Positions 38,919 through 47,064 of a stretch of 64,000 nt of DNA are shown piece by piece (positions within the stretch are counted from its first letter, which is position 1; each line of letters begins with the position of its first letter). The position numbers and the translations under genes were made by a program. This DNA comes from a virus (Duplodnaviria > Heunggongvirae > Uroviricota > Caudoviricetes): positions 32,001 through 96,000 of IMG/VR virus record IMGVR_UViG_3300028888_000044; one strand, written 5' to 3'. The notes under the pieces were generated by a model. The model was not told where the DNA came from. It saw only the letters and a program-made list of their open reading frames with translations, and did no database searches.

Positions 38919-40163
38919 TTATTCAATCTTCAAATCTGTTCTTCCAACAAGCTCTATGTATTTCCTTGCTCTTTGTTTGCAGACGGTTTCAATGTCATAT
39001 ACACCATCAACTGTCTTGAACAAATTATCTTGCAACAACTTGAGCTTATCCTTGTTCTGTACAAGCCAAGTAATCATCTTAGCCCATCTCTTTGCGCCCT
39101 TGCCATTTTCAATCAAAAGAGAATTTCCATCTTCATGAAATTCATATCCTTTTGTTATCATTGGCTTTAAGTCAATTGTATAAGGACCGAAATCAGAAGC
39201 GATTATTGCCTTATGGAAAAAGCCAGCCTCTACAACCTTCAATTGTGATTTAACCTTGTTGAAGTCGTTTTCTGCAAGAGGCACAAGCAATACATCAATA
39301 TTGTTATAATGAGTTGCATATTGGCTAATGTCCTTTGTCCAACAGCGCCTATATGCTTCATCGTGATTTGGATAATCTGATTGAGGTATAAACTTCATTA
39401 AGAAATCCTTATGTTCTTTGGATACTATGCTGTAATTGTTAGTAATAATCTTTTCATACTCATACCAAACACTTTCTTCTGGCTTGATTGGAACTGTTTC
39501 AACCTTTCCAGTATCTTTATATCTGATGGTTCTAGTACCTCTTGTATCAAAACCACACAACACAAACTGAATTTGGTCGATAATTTCTTTGTCAAGCTTT
39601 GCAACCATACCGTCAAGCAACTTGAAGTCATGTAGGTGTGAAGAACCACAAATCATTCCAATTCTTAATCTGTCTGTATCTCTCGTATCTTTTGGAATAA
39701 ATTGTTCTTCTGTTGTATCAATGGCATTTGGAAACACTTCCACCTTCTTGTTAATCTTTCTAATCTGATTTGCGAAGATTTCTGTTGTGGTTGAGCACAT
39801 ATCAGCCAATTTAAGTGAGTCAGTGATTGGTATATCCCATCTTTCTGCGTTTGCACTTGCTGACATTGGATGCCAAGTTCCCAAGTTCCAATTATCATCA
39901 ACATCTACAATAACCTTAACATCAAGGAATTGAGCCATTTTAATTATATTGCATTGCTTATCAAGATGTTTGTGAATATGGATTATATCATACTTTCTCA
40001 AAAACGTTTCCAAATTCACATCATTTGGAATACCATACATAATGTCTATGTCAAAAATATCTGACATATGTTCTGCAATCCACTTGTGTGGCGAAACGGA
40101 ACGGAAATATCCACAACCAGAACGGTCTGATGGAAGTACTAGCATTTTTATTTTCTTATCCAT
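38919..40163 (-). CDS. GT-B glycosyltransferase
   Basis: GCGYFR, VDVDD, DVLLVPL..NDFNKVKSQLKVVEAG. Confidence 0.85.
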   Translation of the reverse strand: MDKKIKMLVLPSDRSGCGYFRSVSPHKWIAEHMSDIFDIDIMYGIPNDVNLETFLRKYDIIHIHKHLDKQCNIIKMAQFLDVKVIVDVDDNWNLGTWHPMSASANAERWDIPITDSLKLADMCSTTTEIFANQIRKINKKVEVFPNAIDTTEEQFIPKDTRDTDRLRIGMICGSSHLHDFKLLDGMVAKLDKEIIDQIQFVLCGFDTRGTRTIRYKDTGKVETVPIKPEESVWYEYEKIITNNYSIVSKEHKDFLMKFIPQSDYPNHDEAYRRCWTKDISQYATHYNNIDVLLVPLAENDFNKVKSQLKVVEAGFFHKAIIASDFGPYTIDLKPMITKGYEFHEDGNSLLIENGKGAKRWAKMITWLVQNKDKLKLLQDNLFKTVDGVYDIETVCKQRARKYIELVGRTDLKIE

Positions 40164-40350
40164 GTAAAATTCATTTATATATAAAATATTTAAAAAAGAA
40201 TAAAAATCAATAATAAATAAAAAAAATATTTTTTTTCATTTTTTTTAAATATTTATTTATTTTTAATATTATAATAATATATCTTATATATAAAATAATA
40301 TTTAATTAAATTTTAATTAAAGAAAGAAAATATATAAAGAAAGAAAAGAA

Positions 40351-41049
40351 ATGAAGAAACTTGTAATTGTCGTAGCTTCTAAAAGCACAAATGAAGAGAA
40401 AGCTGATTTCATTCAGCACATTAGTGACACTTGTGGATACCCAAATGATATAGTGTTCAATATAAATCCAAATGGTATTTCTTTGACGAAGATTTATAAT
40501 GATTCAATGAAGGAAAGGGATGGCGATTACTTCATTTTCTTACATGATGACATTGAGTTTGTAAGAAGTGGATGGGGTGCAGAGATTGTCAGACTGTTTG
40601 AAGAGAACAAGGACTATGGAATCATTGGTGTCGCTGGCAGTGGAGAATTTGAAAAGGAGGCTGCTTGGTGGAGATATAAGGATATTTATGGTCAAGTTAT
40701 GCACAGAAAGGATGGCAAGTCGTGGCTTACGACATTTTCGCCATTGTTGCCTTGCGATTTGATGAATGTATGTGTGGTCGATGGAGTTTTTATTGCAGTT
40801 GCAAAAGATAGAATCACAAGCTATTTCAAGGAGGAATATGAAGGGTTCAATTTCTATGAGATTTCATTCTGTCTACAGAACTACATTGATGGCAAGACAA
40901 AGATTGGTGTAACTACAAACGTGAGATTAGCTCATAATTCAGTTGGTGAATTAAAACCGAATTGGTATGAGAACAGAGAAAAACTAAACAAGGAATTTGG
41001 AAAATATTTTCCTATAAAAACTAAACACAATGTCAAAATCACTAGGTAA
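40351..41049 (+). CDS. GT-A glycosyltransferase
   Basis: IYN, FIFLHDD, GIIGVAG, VVDGVFIA. Confidence 0.8.
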   Translation: MKKLVIVVASKSTNEEKADFIQHISDTCGYPNDIVFNINPNGISLTKIYNDSMKERDGDYFIFLHDDIEFVRSGWGAEIVRLFEENKDYGIIGVAGSGEFEKEAAWWRYKDIYGQVMHRKDGKSWLTTFSPLLPCDLMNVCVVDGVFIAVAKDRITSYFKEEYEGFNFYEISFCLQNYIDGKTKIGVTTNVRLAHNSVGELKPNWYENREKLNKEFGKYFPIKTKHNVKITR

Positions 41050-41275
41050 TTTAACGCTTGCACAATTGCTTGAATTGAAGAATTGTGCAGATATGGTTTC
41101 AGCATACTATGCTGAATGTTTAACAGACTATGCAACGATAGCATCTGATGCAACTTTGAAGAATATGACTCCAGATGTTGCAGAAAAATATTTAAGAAGA
41201 AGAAAATCTCAAAAGTTATCAATGCAGATACTTAACGAGATTGAGCAAATAATCAGCGAATACTATGATGATTGA
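41030..41275 (+). CDS. hypothetical protein
   Basis: Overlaps its neighbours within the operon. Confidence 0.6.
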   Translation: MSKSLGNLTLAQLLELKNCADMVSAYYAECLTDYATIASDATLKNMTPDVAEKYLRRRKSQKLSMQILNEIEQIISEYYDD

Positions 41276-42236
41276 TGCAATTAAAAGAGGTTTAAGAAAG
41301 ATTGCGTATGCCTTTGCTTTTGCAATAAAGGGAGGTGATGATGCAATTGGTACTCAAGACCAGAACGAAACTGTAGTTGGTGTTGTACAGCAACAGCAAG
41401 CACAATCTCTTGGGGAAGCCTTGCTCAAGGGCGAAGTTACAAAACAAGTTGAGGAATTGAGATATATGGACTACAAGGTAAGTAAGGAATCTAAAAGATT
41501 CCATCATATTGGAAACGGTGTGACCATTGAGACGAGAAAACCTCAAAAGAACTTGAAGAGATTCAAGTTCAAGCAAGGAAATCCTATGGTTTGTGAGGAT
41601 GTATACCACGAATTGCAGAGAATTGACGATTATGCTGCGCCTTCAAGGTACTTGTTTGAACTTACATATATTGATGTGCCTACAGTCAAGCTTGAACCAT
41701 ATATTTCGTATGGAGAATTTGATATTGATGACAATCATATAAAGGTTTCGTTTGTTTTTGACAAGAATATAAGGAGCAATGAAGACCCAATAACGAAGAT
41801 TCTGCTTAGAAGACTTGGTGAAATATCAAGATATAATTCTGGTTATCAGATTGAGCACGATGATATATGCAGCAATGTAGCAATGCTGACATTTACGACA
41901 TCAAATGCAACCAATGAGGATGATTATGTGAGATATGACATATTAGGTATGTCGTTTGATTCGTGCAAGGAGGTTCAAGATGGCTTTATTTTGACTTATT
42001 CTTCAAGCAATTTCAAGCGATTTGACTTGACAGAGCAATTCTACAGCAAGGAACTTGAGGAAAAATACAGAAAAAAGGCTCCAAAGGGGCAGAATGTCGA
42101 ATTATACACCACTGAAAGGAAGTTTTATTGTGACGATTGCGGAAAAGAGATGAACGAATACGATGCAAGCATTACAAAATACACTTTTGGCAGACAATTG
42201 TGTCAAGATTGCATAAAAACCAACATGTTGTATTGA
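41265..42236 (+). CDS. hypothetical protein with C-terminal zinc ribbon
   Basis: CDDC...CQDC. Confidence 0.7.
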   Translation: MMIDAIKRGLRKIAYAFAFAIKGGDDAIGTQDQNETVVGVVQQQQAQSLGEALLKGEVTKQVEELRYMDYKVSKESKRFHHIGNGVTIETRKPQKNLKRFKFKQGNPMVCEDVYHELQRIDDYAAPSRYLFELTYIDVPTVKLEPYISYGEFDIDDNHIKVSFVFDKNIRSNEDPITKILLRRLGEISRYNSGYQIEHDDICSNVAMLTFTTSNATNEDDYVRYDILGMSFDSCKEVQDGFILTYSSSNFKRFDLTEQFYSKELEEKYRKKAPKGQNVELYTTERKFYCDDCGKEMNEYDASITKYTFGRQLCQDCIKTNMLY

Positions 42237-42279
42237 TTTTTACTGTTCTTAATCTATTTTTTAAACAAAATAAGATGTA

Positions 42280-42948
42280 ATGAAGATTGGAATAGAACTA
42301 AATGGAGTAGTTAGGGACATTAATCGACAATGTTTGAAATATTATGCAAAGGATATTGACCCTAATATCGATGAAAGTGATGTTGATATGGATTCAATGT
42401 CAATAATGCCCAAATTGGACTTCAAATCAAACTATGAAAGGAAAAAGTTCGTATATGAGGACTATCCATATGAACTTTTTGCTTGTGCAAATACAATGTC
42501 AAGGAATTTGCACGTATTTTTGAACGGTTGGGCATATGACTTGTATTGGAACAGAGATAAAAGTGAAGTTAGCCTATTCTCATTGGATGAGGAAGAACTT
42601 TCAATACAGTCAACATATTTTTTCCTTAGTAAGGGAAGCCGAATAAGAAGGATGTTTTTTCCTATGAATAGTAAGGAGGTGTGGAAGCTGTTTGATGTAG
42701 TTATTACTCAAGACAAGGATGTTGTAATTAACAAGCCAGAAGGTAAAATAGCGGTTTTGATTAGAAAATCTGATAATGCAGAGGCAAGCGACAAAGCTGA
42801 CTTCAAGTATGACAACTTGGAAGATGTTATCAAGGACAGCGAGTTTTTGGGAAATGTGGAAAAGATGCTTGAAGAATGCAACAACAAGTCGTTGTTAGGC
42901 AAGATTAGGAGTAAAATAAGCAGGTGTTTTAAATTATTGGGGAAATGA
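42280..42948 (+). CDS. HAD/5'-nucleotidase-like protein, degenerate motif I
   Basis: KIGIELNGVVRD where DxDGV is canonical. Confidence 0.55.
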   Translation: MKIGIELNGVVRDINRQCLKYYAKDIDPNIDESDVDMDSMSIMPKLDFKSNYERKKFVYEDYPYELFACANTMSRNLHVFLNGWAYDLYWNRDKSEVSLFSLDEEELSIQSTYFFLSKGSRIRRMFFPMNSKEVWKLFDVVITQDKDVVINKPEGKIAVLIRKSDNAEASDKADFKYDNLEDVIKDSEFLGNVEKMLEECNNKSLLGKIRSKISRCFKLLGK

Positions 42949-43295
42949 ATGTAAATGACGGTACATATTATTACGATATTGATGAAATCTTGAATTATGT
43001 TCTTGATGGTTCCGATGGAGCTACTGTAAATACAGATATTACTGATATGTATGGGGTTAATGAGAAGACTCAAGCACTTGAACTTGTAAATAGGCAAATA
43101 AACGAGACAAAGGCCAACAAGAACGATTCAAATACCGCAATCAAATATGATTTGGTAAAGAATTTTATTGCAAGTCTGTCTGATATGGAGGTTTGCCCAT
43201 ATAATATGGGTGTTGTACCATTTTCACAAGAAATGATATTCAACACATTGATACATAAGGGTTTTATCAAATTTAAAGAAACAAATGGAGACTGA
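42945..43295 (+). CDS. hypothetical protein
   Basis: ATGA coupling to the upstream gene. Confidence 0.7.
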   Translation: MNVNDGTYYYDIDEILNYVLDGSDGATVNTDITDMYGVNEKTQALELVNRQINETKANKNDSNTAIKYDLVKNFIASLSDMEVCPYNMGVVPFSQEMIFNTLIHKGFIKFKETNGD

Positions 43296-44391
43296 AAAGG
43301 TTATTGAAAGAGTAAAACAAGAATTGGCAAAGATAACCGACAAGGGAAACAAGATTATGTTTTTTGTGATTGACACAAAGGGTAATCCAAGTGGAAGCTT
43401 GTCATATATCTATAAGCTTGCCAAGTATGCAAAAGATGACGGTTACGATGTTGCAATGCTTTATCAGAAATCTAAAGATGAGGATTTCGTTGGTGTTGGT
43501 GAGTGGCTTGGTCAAGAATATGCTGATTTGGAGCATATCTGTATTTCTGATGGAGAATTGAGTGTTTCACCTAGCGACATTCTGTTTATTCCAGAAATTT
43601 TCGCAAATGTAATGGTTCAGACAAAGAACCTTCCTTGCAAGAGGATTGCAATCTTGCAGAACTATGATTATATGGTTGAACAGATGCCTTTCTCTGTACA
43701 GTGGGGGGATTTGGGTATTATGGAATGTATTACAAATACTGAATACAACAAGGAGAAGATTAATGGTGTATTCCCATATGTAAGGACAACAGTTATTCAA
43801 CCAAATGTTGACAATATGTTTGATGCAAAGAGCGTTGGTGACACACCAAGGAATTTTGTTGTTAATGTAATTGCAAAGAGTCAATCAGACATCAACAAGA
43901 TTGTAAAGCCATTCTATTGGAAGTTCCCTATGTACAGATGGGTTTCTTTCAAGGATTTGAGAGGAATGCCTAAGGAAACATATGCAAAGGAGCTGTTGAA
44001 CGGTGAGATAACTGTTTGGGTTGATACTGATTCGAGCTTTGGATATGGAGGTATTGAGGCAATTAAGGCTGGAAATATTGTTCTTGCTAAGAGAACTGAT
44101 AATCAAATGCCTTGGTATTCTGTAAATGGAGAGCCAAATGATGCTTGCATATGGTTTGAGGATTATGACGATTTGCACAAGATGCTTGCTAGTGTTATTA
44201 GAGCTGTGATAACAGATGATGTACCAGAAAAGGTATTTGAGGATAGGAAAGCATATGAAGATTTGTACAATGAGCAAACAACAAGAAAGGAATTTGTTGA
44301 ATATTTAAATAACACAATCGAAAGACGCAGAAAGGAAATCGAGGGTCTTTTGGCTGAAATTAACAATGGAGGTGGCAGCAATGAGAAATGA
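43285..44391 (+). CDS. GT-B glycosyltransferase-like protein
   Basis: LFIPE, AILQN, VWVDTDSSFGYGGIEAIKAG. Confidence 0.7.
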   Translation: METEKVIERVKQELAKITDKGNKIMFFVIDTKGNPSGSLSYIYKLAKYAKDDGYDVAMLYQKSKDEDFVGVGEWLGQEYADLEHICISDGELSVSPSDILFIPEIFANVMVQTKNLPCKRIAILQNYDYMVEQMPFSVQWGDLGIMECITNTEYNKEKINGVFPYVRTTVIQPNVDNMFDAKSVGDTPRNFVVNVIAKSQSDINKIVKPFYWKFPMYRWVSFKDLRGMPKETYAKELLNGEITVWVDTDSSFGYGGIEAIKAGNIVLAKRTDNQMPWYSVNGEPNDACIWFEDYDDLHKMLASVIRAVITDDVPEKVFEDRKAYEDLYNEQTTRKEFVEYLNNTIERRRKEIEGLLAEINNGGGSNEK

Positions 44392-44863
44392 AATTAAAAC
44401 AACAGAAAGTAGAATTGAATATGTGATGACACATAATTTTGATGACATCAAGGTCAGTAGATATATGAACGATATTAGAAAATATTGGGGTAATTGCTTC
44501 TTCTTTAATGTTGATGACGAGAGAAAAGACAATGCATGCATTGCTTGTGACCAGATAGCTTCATTCTTTATCTGTGGCTATGAAGTGTATGGCAATGTTG
44601 TCAAGGACGAGCTTCACAAGCTGATTGACACCAAGTTCAAAGGTTTGTTTACTTTTGAGGAAATTATATTGTTAATGGTTGTGTTTATATATGAGAGGCT
44701 TCCTTTGTCAGATTATGATTTTCGTGAAATCTTGAGTAATTATGCGAAGATTGACTTTAATTATGAAGAGGTTAAGCAAGTATATAATTCTGATAGTCCA
44801 CTTATAGAGTTCTGTATTATTGCTTCTTATAAACTAATTAATAAAATAACAAGAGGAATATGA
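44381..44863 (+). CDS. hypothetical protein
   Basis: Start at MRNEIK, overlapping the upstream gene end. Confidence 0.6.
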   Translation: MRNEIKTTESRIEYVMTHNFDDIKVSRYMNDIRKYWGNCFFFNVDDERKDNACIACDQIASFFICGYEVYGNVVKDELHKLIDTKFKGLFTFEEIILLMVVFIYERLPLSDYDFREILSNYAKIDFNYEEVKQVYNSDSPLIEFCIIASYKLINKITRGI

Positions 44864-45627
44864 TTGATTTGACAATAATTATACCAGTTCACGAATATAA
44901 TGAAGATGTTAAGCAATTGCTTTCAAAGGCTTTGAACAGTGTGAAAGAAGATTATAAAGTTATAATTTCAACAAGTGAAGCCGCCAATGAAGGAATCTTG
45001 CAAGACTTCAACAGAAAAGAATATACCATTCTCAAGTCTGAAGAGACATCTTTTTGCGGTTTGGTAAATGAAGCTGTTAAAAATGTTGATACAAAATGGT
45101 TCAGTATTTTGGAGTTTGATGATATATATTATAGACCTTGGTTCGATAATGTTGAAAAGTATATCAAATTCAACCCAGAAGTTAGCATCTTTATGTGCTT
45201 GACTGATTTGTATGATTACAAGGACAACAAATTTATCGGCTACGGAAATGAGGCTGTTTGGGCATCAAGTTTCTCTAACGAGTTGGGTTATGTAGATTAC
45301 GATTGTTTGCAGAACTTTTTTGACTTTTATATGACTGGTTCTGTATTCAACAAGGAAGATTGGGATTCTGTTGGTGGACTTAAGAAGTCTATTGAGCTTA
45401 CATTTTGGTACGAGTTCCTATTGAGGGTTACACACAACAACAAGAAGGTGTTTGTAATTCCAAGAGTTGGATATGCGCATTATATGAATAGAGACAATTC
45501 ACTTATCAAGAAATATGCCGATACAATGGACGATAAGGAAACGAAGGGATGGTTGAACATTGCAAAGCAAGAGCATTTCTTCAAGAACGACAGAAACAAG
45601 GTATACGATAAAAATGAAGGGGATTGA
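44860..45627 (+). CDS. GT2-family glycosyltransferase
   Basis: LTIIIPVH, ALNSV, ILEFDD, WDSVGG. Confidence 0.8.
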   Translation: MIDLTIIIPVHEYNEDVKQLLSKALNSVKEDYKVIISTSEAANEGILQDFNRKEYTILKSEETSFCGLVNEAVKNVDTKWFSILEFDDIYYRPWFDNVEKYIKFNPEVSIFMCLTDLYDYKDNKFIGYGNEAVWASSFSNELGYVDYDCLQNFFDFYMTGSVFNKEDWDSVGGLKKSIELTFWYEFLLRVTHNNKKVFVIPRVGYAHYMNRDNSLIKKYADTMDDKETKGWLNIAKQEHFFKNDRNKVYDKNEGD

Positions 45628-45647
45628 TAATTCAATCCTCTTCTTGT

Positions 45648-45760
45648 TCATAATACACGTGAGATTTTCCGTTAGTGAAAATGGTGAAGGAAAGTACATT
45701 GTAACTATGTAGCATTATTATGACTTGAAAATAACAGTTATAAAAATTATCATAATAATG
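45648..45760 (+). promoter_or_regulatory. riboswitch-like structured leader of the late sigma factor
   Basis: Three-stem junction with complementary loops; alternative 11-bp helix over the AUG. Confidence 0.55.
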
Positions 45761-46480
45761 GGAAAAAGAGGTAGAAAACCTTCAAAAGATAAAAAGGGAT
45801 ATTTCTTGGATGAGCAAGAAGAAGCCGTAGTCAGATATATTAATTCAACTGACCAAAACGAGAGAAACGAGATATATAAGACGATATTGCATCCAGCATT
45901 TTGCAAAATGGTTGAATCTATAATGAACAGATATAAGCTATATGTACCAGATGAAGAATTTTTGGATACTTTTGACGATACAATATCGTTCTTGATGACA
46001 AAAATAGAATTATTTAATCCAAACAGTGGATACAAAGCATATTCTTATTGTGGAACAATATGCAAAAACTACTTGATACTTAAGATAAAGAATTATGCAA
46101 AGGGTATCAAGAGATATGAACCTTATGAAAATTATCAATCAAAGATTGAGGATAATATAACATTGTCTTATAAGGACAACGATTCATCAACATCTTTCTT
46201 CAACGAACTTATTACAAACACTTCGAGTGGCATAACGGAAGTTATGAGCAAAAACAAGAAACTTAACGAGAACGAGATAAAGGTAGGTAATGCACTTTTG
46301 TCATTATTGGCGAATTGGGAGGATTTGGCTGACAGTATGTGCAGCAATAAGTTCAATAAAAGCTCTATACTTCTTTTTCTTAAAGAAAATACACAGTTGA
46401 CTACAAAGGATATAAGAGTTGCCATGAAAAAATACAAGGCAGTTTATTTTTCAGTCAAAAAAAAGTTGTTGGGTGATTAA
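45758..46480 (+). CDS. late-transcription sigma factor (T4 gp55-like)
   Basis: Start at MGKRGRKP; YF..EQEEAV..Y, FNPNSGYKAYSYCGTICKNYLI region-2-like motif. Confidence 0.65.
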   Translation: MGKRGRKPSKDKKGYFLDEQEEAVVRYINSTDQNERNEIYKTILHPAFCKMVESIMNRYKLYVPDEEFLDTFDDTISFLMTKIELFNPNSGYKAYSYCGTICKNYLILKIKNYAKGIKRYEPYENYQSKIEDNITLSYKDNDSSTSFFNELITNTSSGITEVMSKNKKLNENEIKVGNALLSLLANWEDLADSMCSNKFNKSSILLFLKENTQLTTKDIRVAMKKYKAVYFSVKKKLLGD

Positions 46481-46649
46481 CTGTTAACACATATTCTAAT
46501 AAAAAATAGGTAGCCGTACTACCGAATTGACGCTTGTGGAGAAACCAACTGCGGATGACCGAACATTATGCTCCTAAAAAGCAGTGTTTCGTTGAAGCAA
46601 GAAATAAAATGTAGTAGAATCATAGATTTTATTATAATTTTATATACGG
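46481..46649 (+). mobile_element. non-autonomous TnpB-element right-end / omega-RNA-like remnant
   Basis: Translates to TnpB-type C-tail IGSRTTELTLVEKPTADDR...LKSSVSLKQE; no nuclease or transposase; ends tatacgg. Confidence 0.65.
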
Positions 46650-46680
46650 TGAGTATTTATAAACAAATATATTCTTTAAT

Positions 46681-47064
46681 ATGGCAAGGAAATTGAAAAT
46701 TGAAATCAATTCGATAGAAAACCTAAGGGAACTTTTGCAAGAAACATATAATCTTGCAGATGAGCAACTTATATTGGCTCAAAATGAAATAAACAAGCTT
46801 GCAAACTCTACCAAACTTCAAGAAGAGGTTATGGAATACAAGGCTAAGTATGCCAAGGCTATCAATGACTATATGGGCATCAAGGACAAGGCGATTTCAA
46901 AGAAGATAGAGATTGCCAAGTTACTTGCAGAACTTTGCAAGAATTTGAGTGATGTAAAGGAAATGGATACCTCATTCGCATCTTTTGACTTGGACAACAT
47001 TAGGGAGCTGTTAGACAAGGAGACAAAGGAAAATAACACTGAATATATAAAGCTTAACAAGTAA
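46681..47064 (+). CDS. hypothetical coiled-coil protein
   Basis: TATTTATA at 46654. Confidence 0.75.
   Translation: MARKLKIEINSIENLRELLQETYNLADEQLILAQNEINKLANSTKLQEEVMEYKAKYAKAINDYMGIKDKAISKKIEIAKLLAELCKNLSDVKEMDTSFASFDLDNIRELLDKETKENNTEYIKLNK

Noticed and set aside
45648-45723. Known purine riboswitch or hammerhead ribozyme
   Set aside because: It lacks the UUUCUAC purine core and the CUGANGA hammerhead core; kept only as an unclassified structure.
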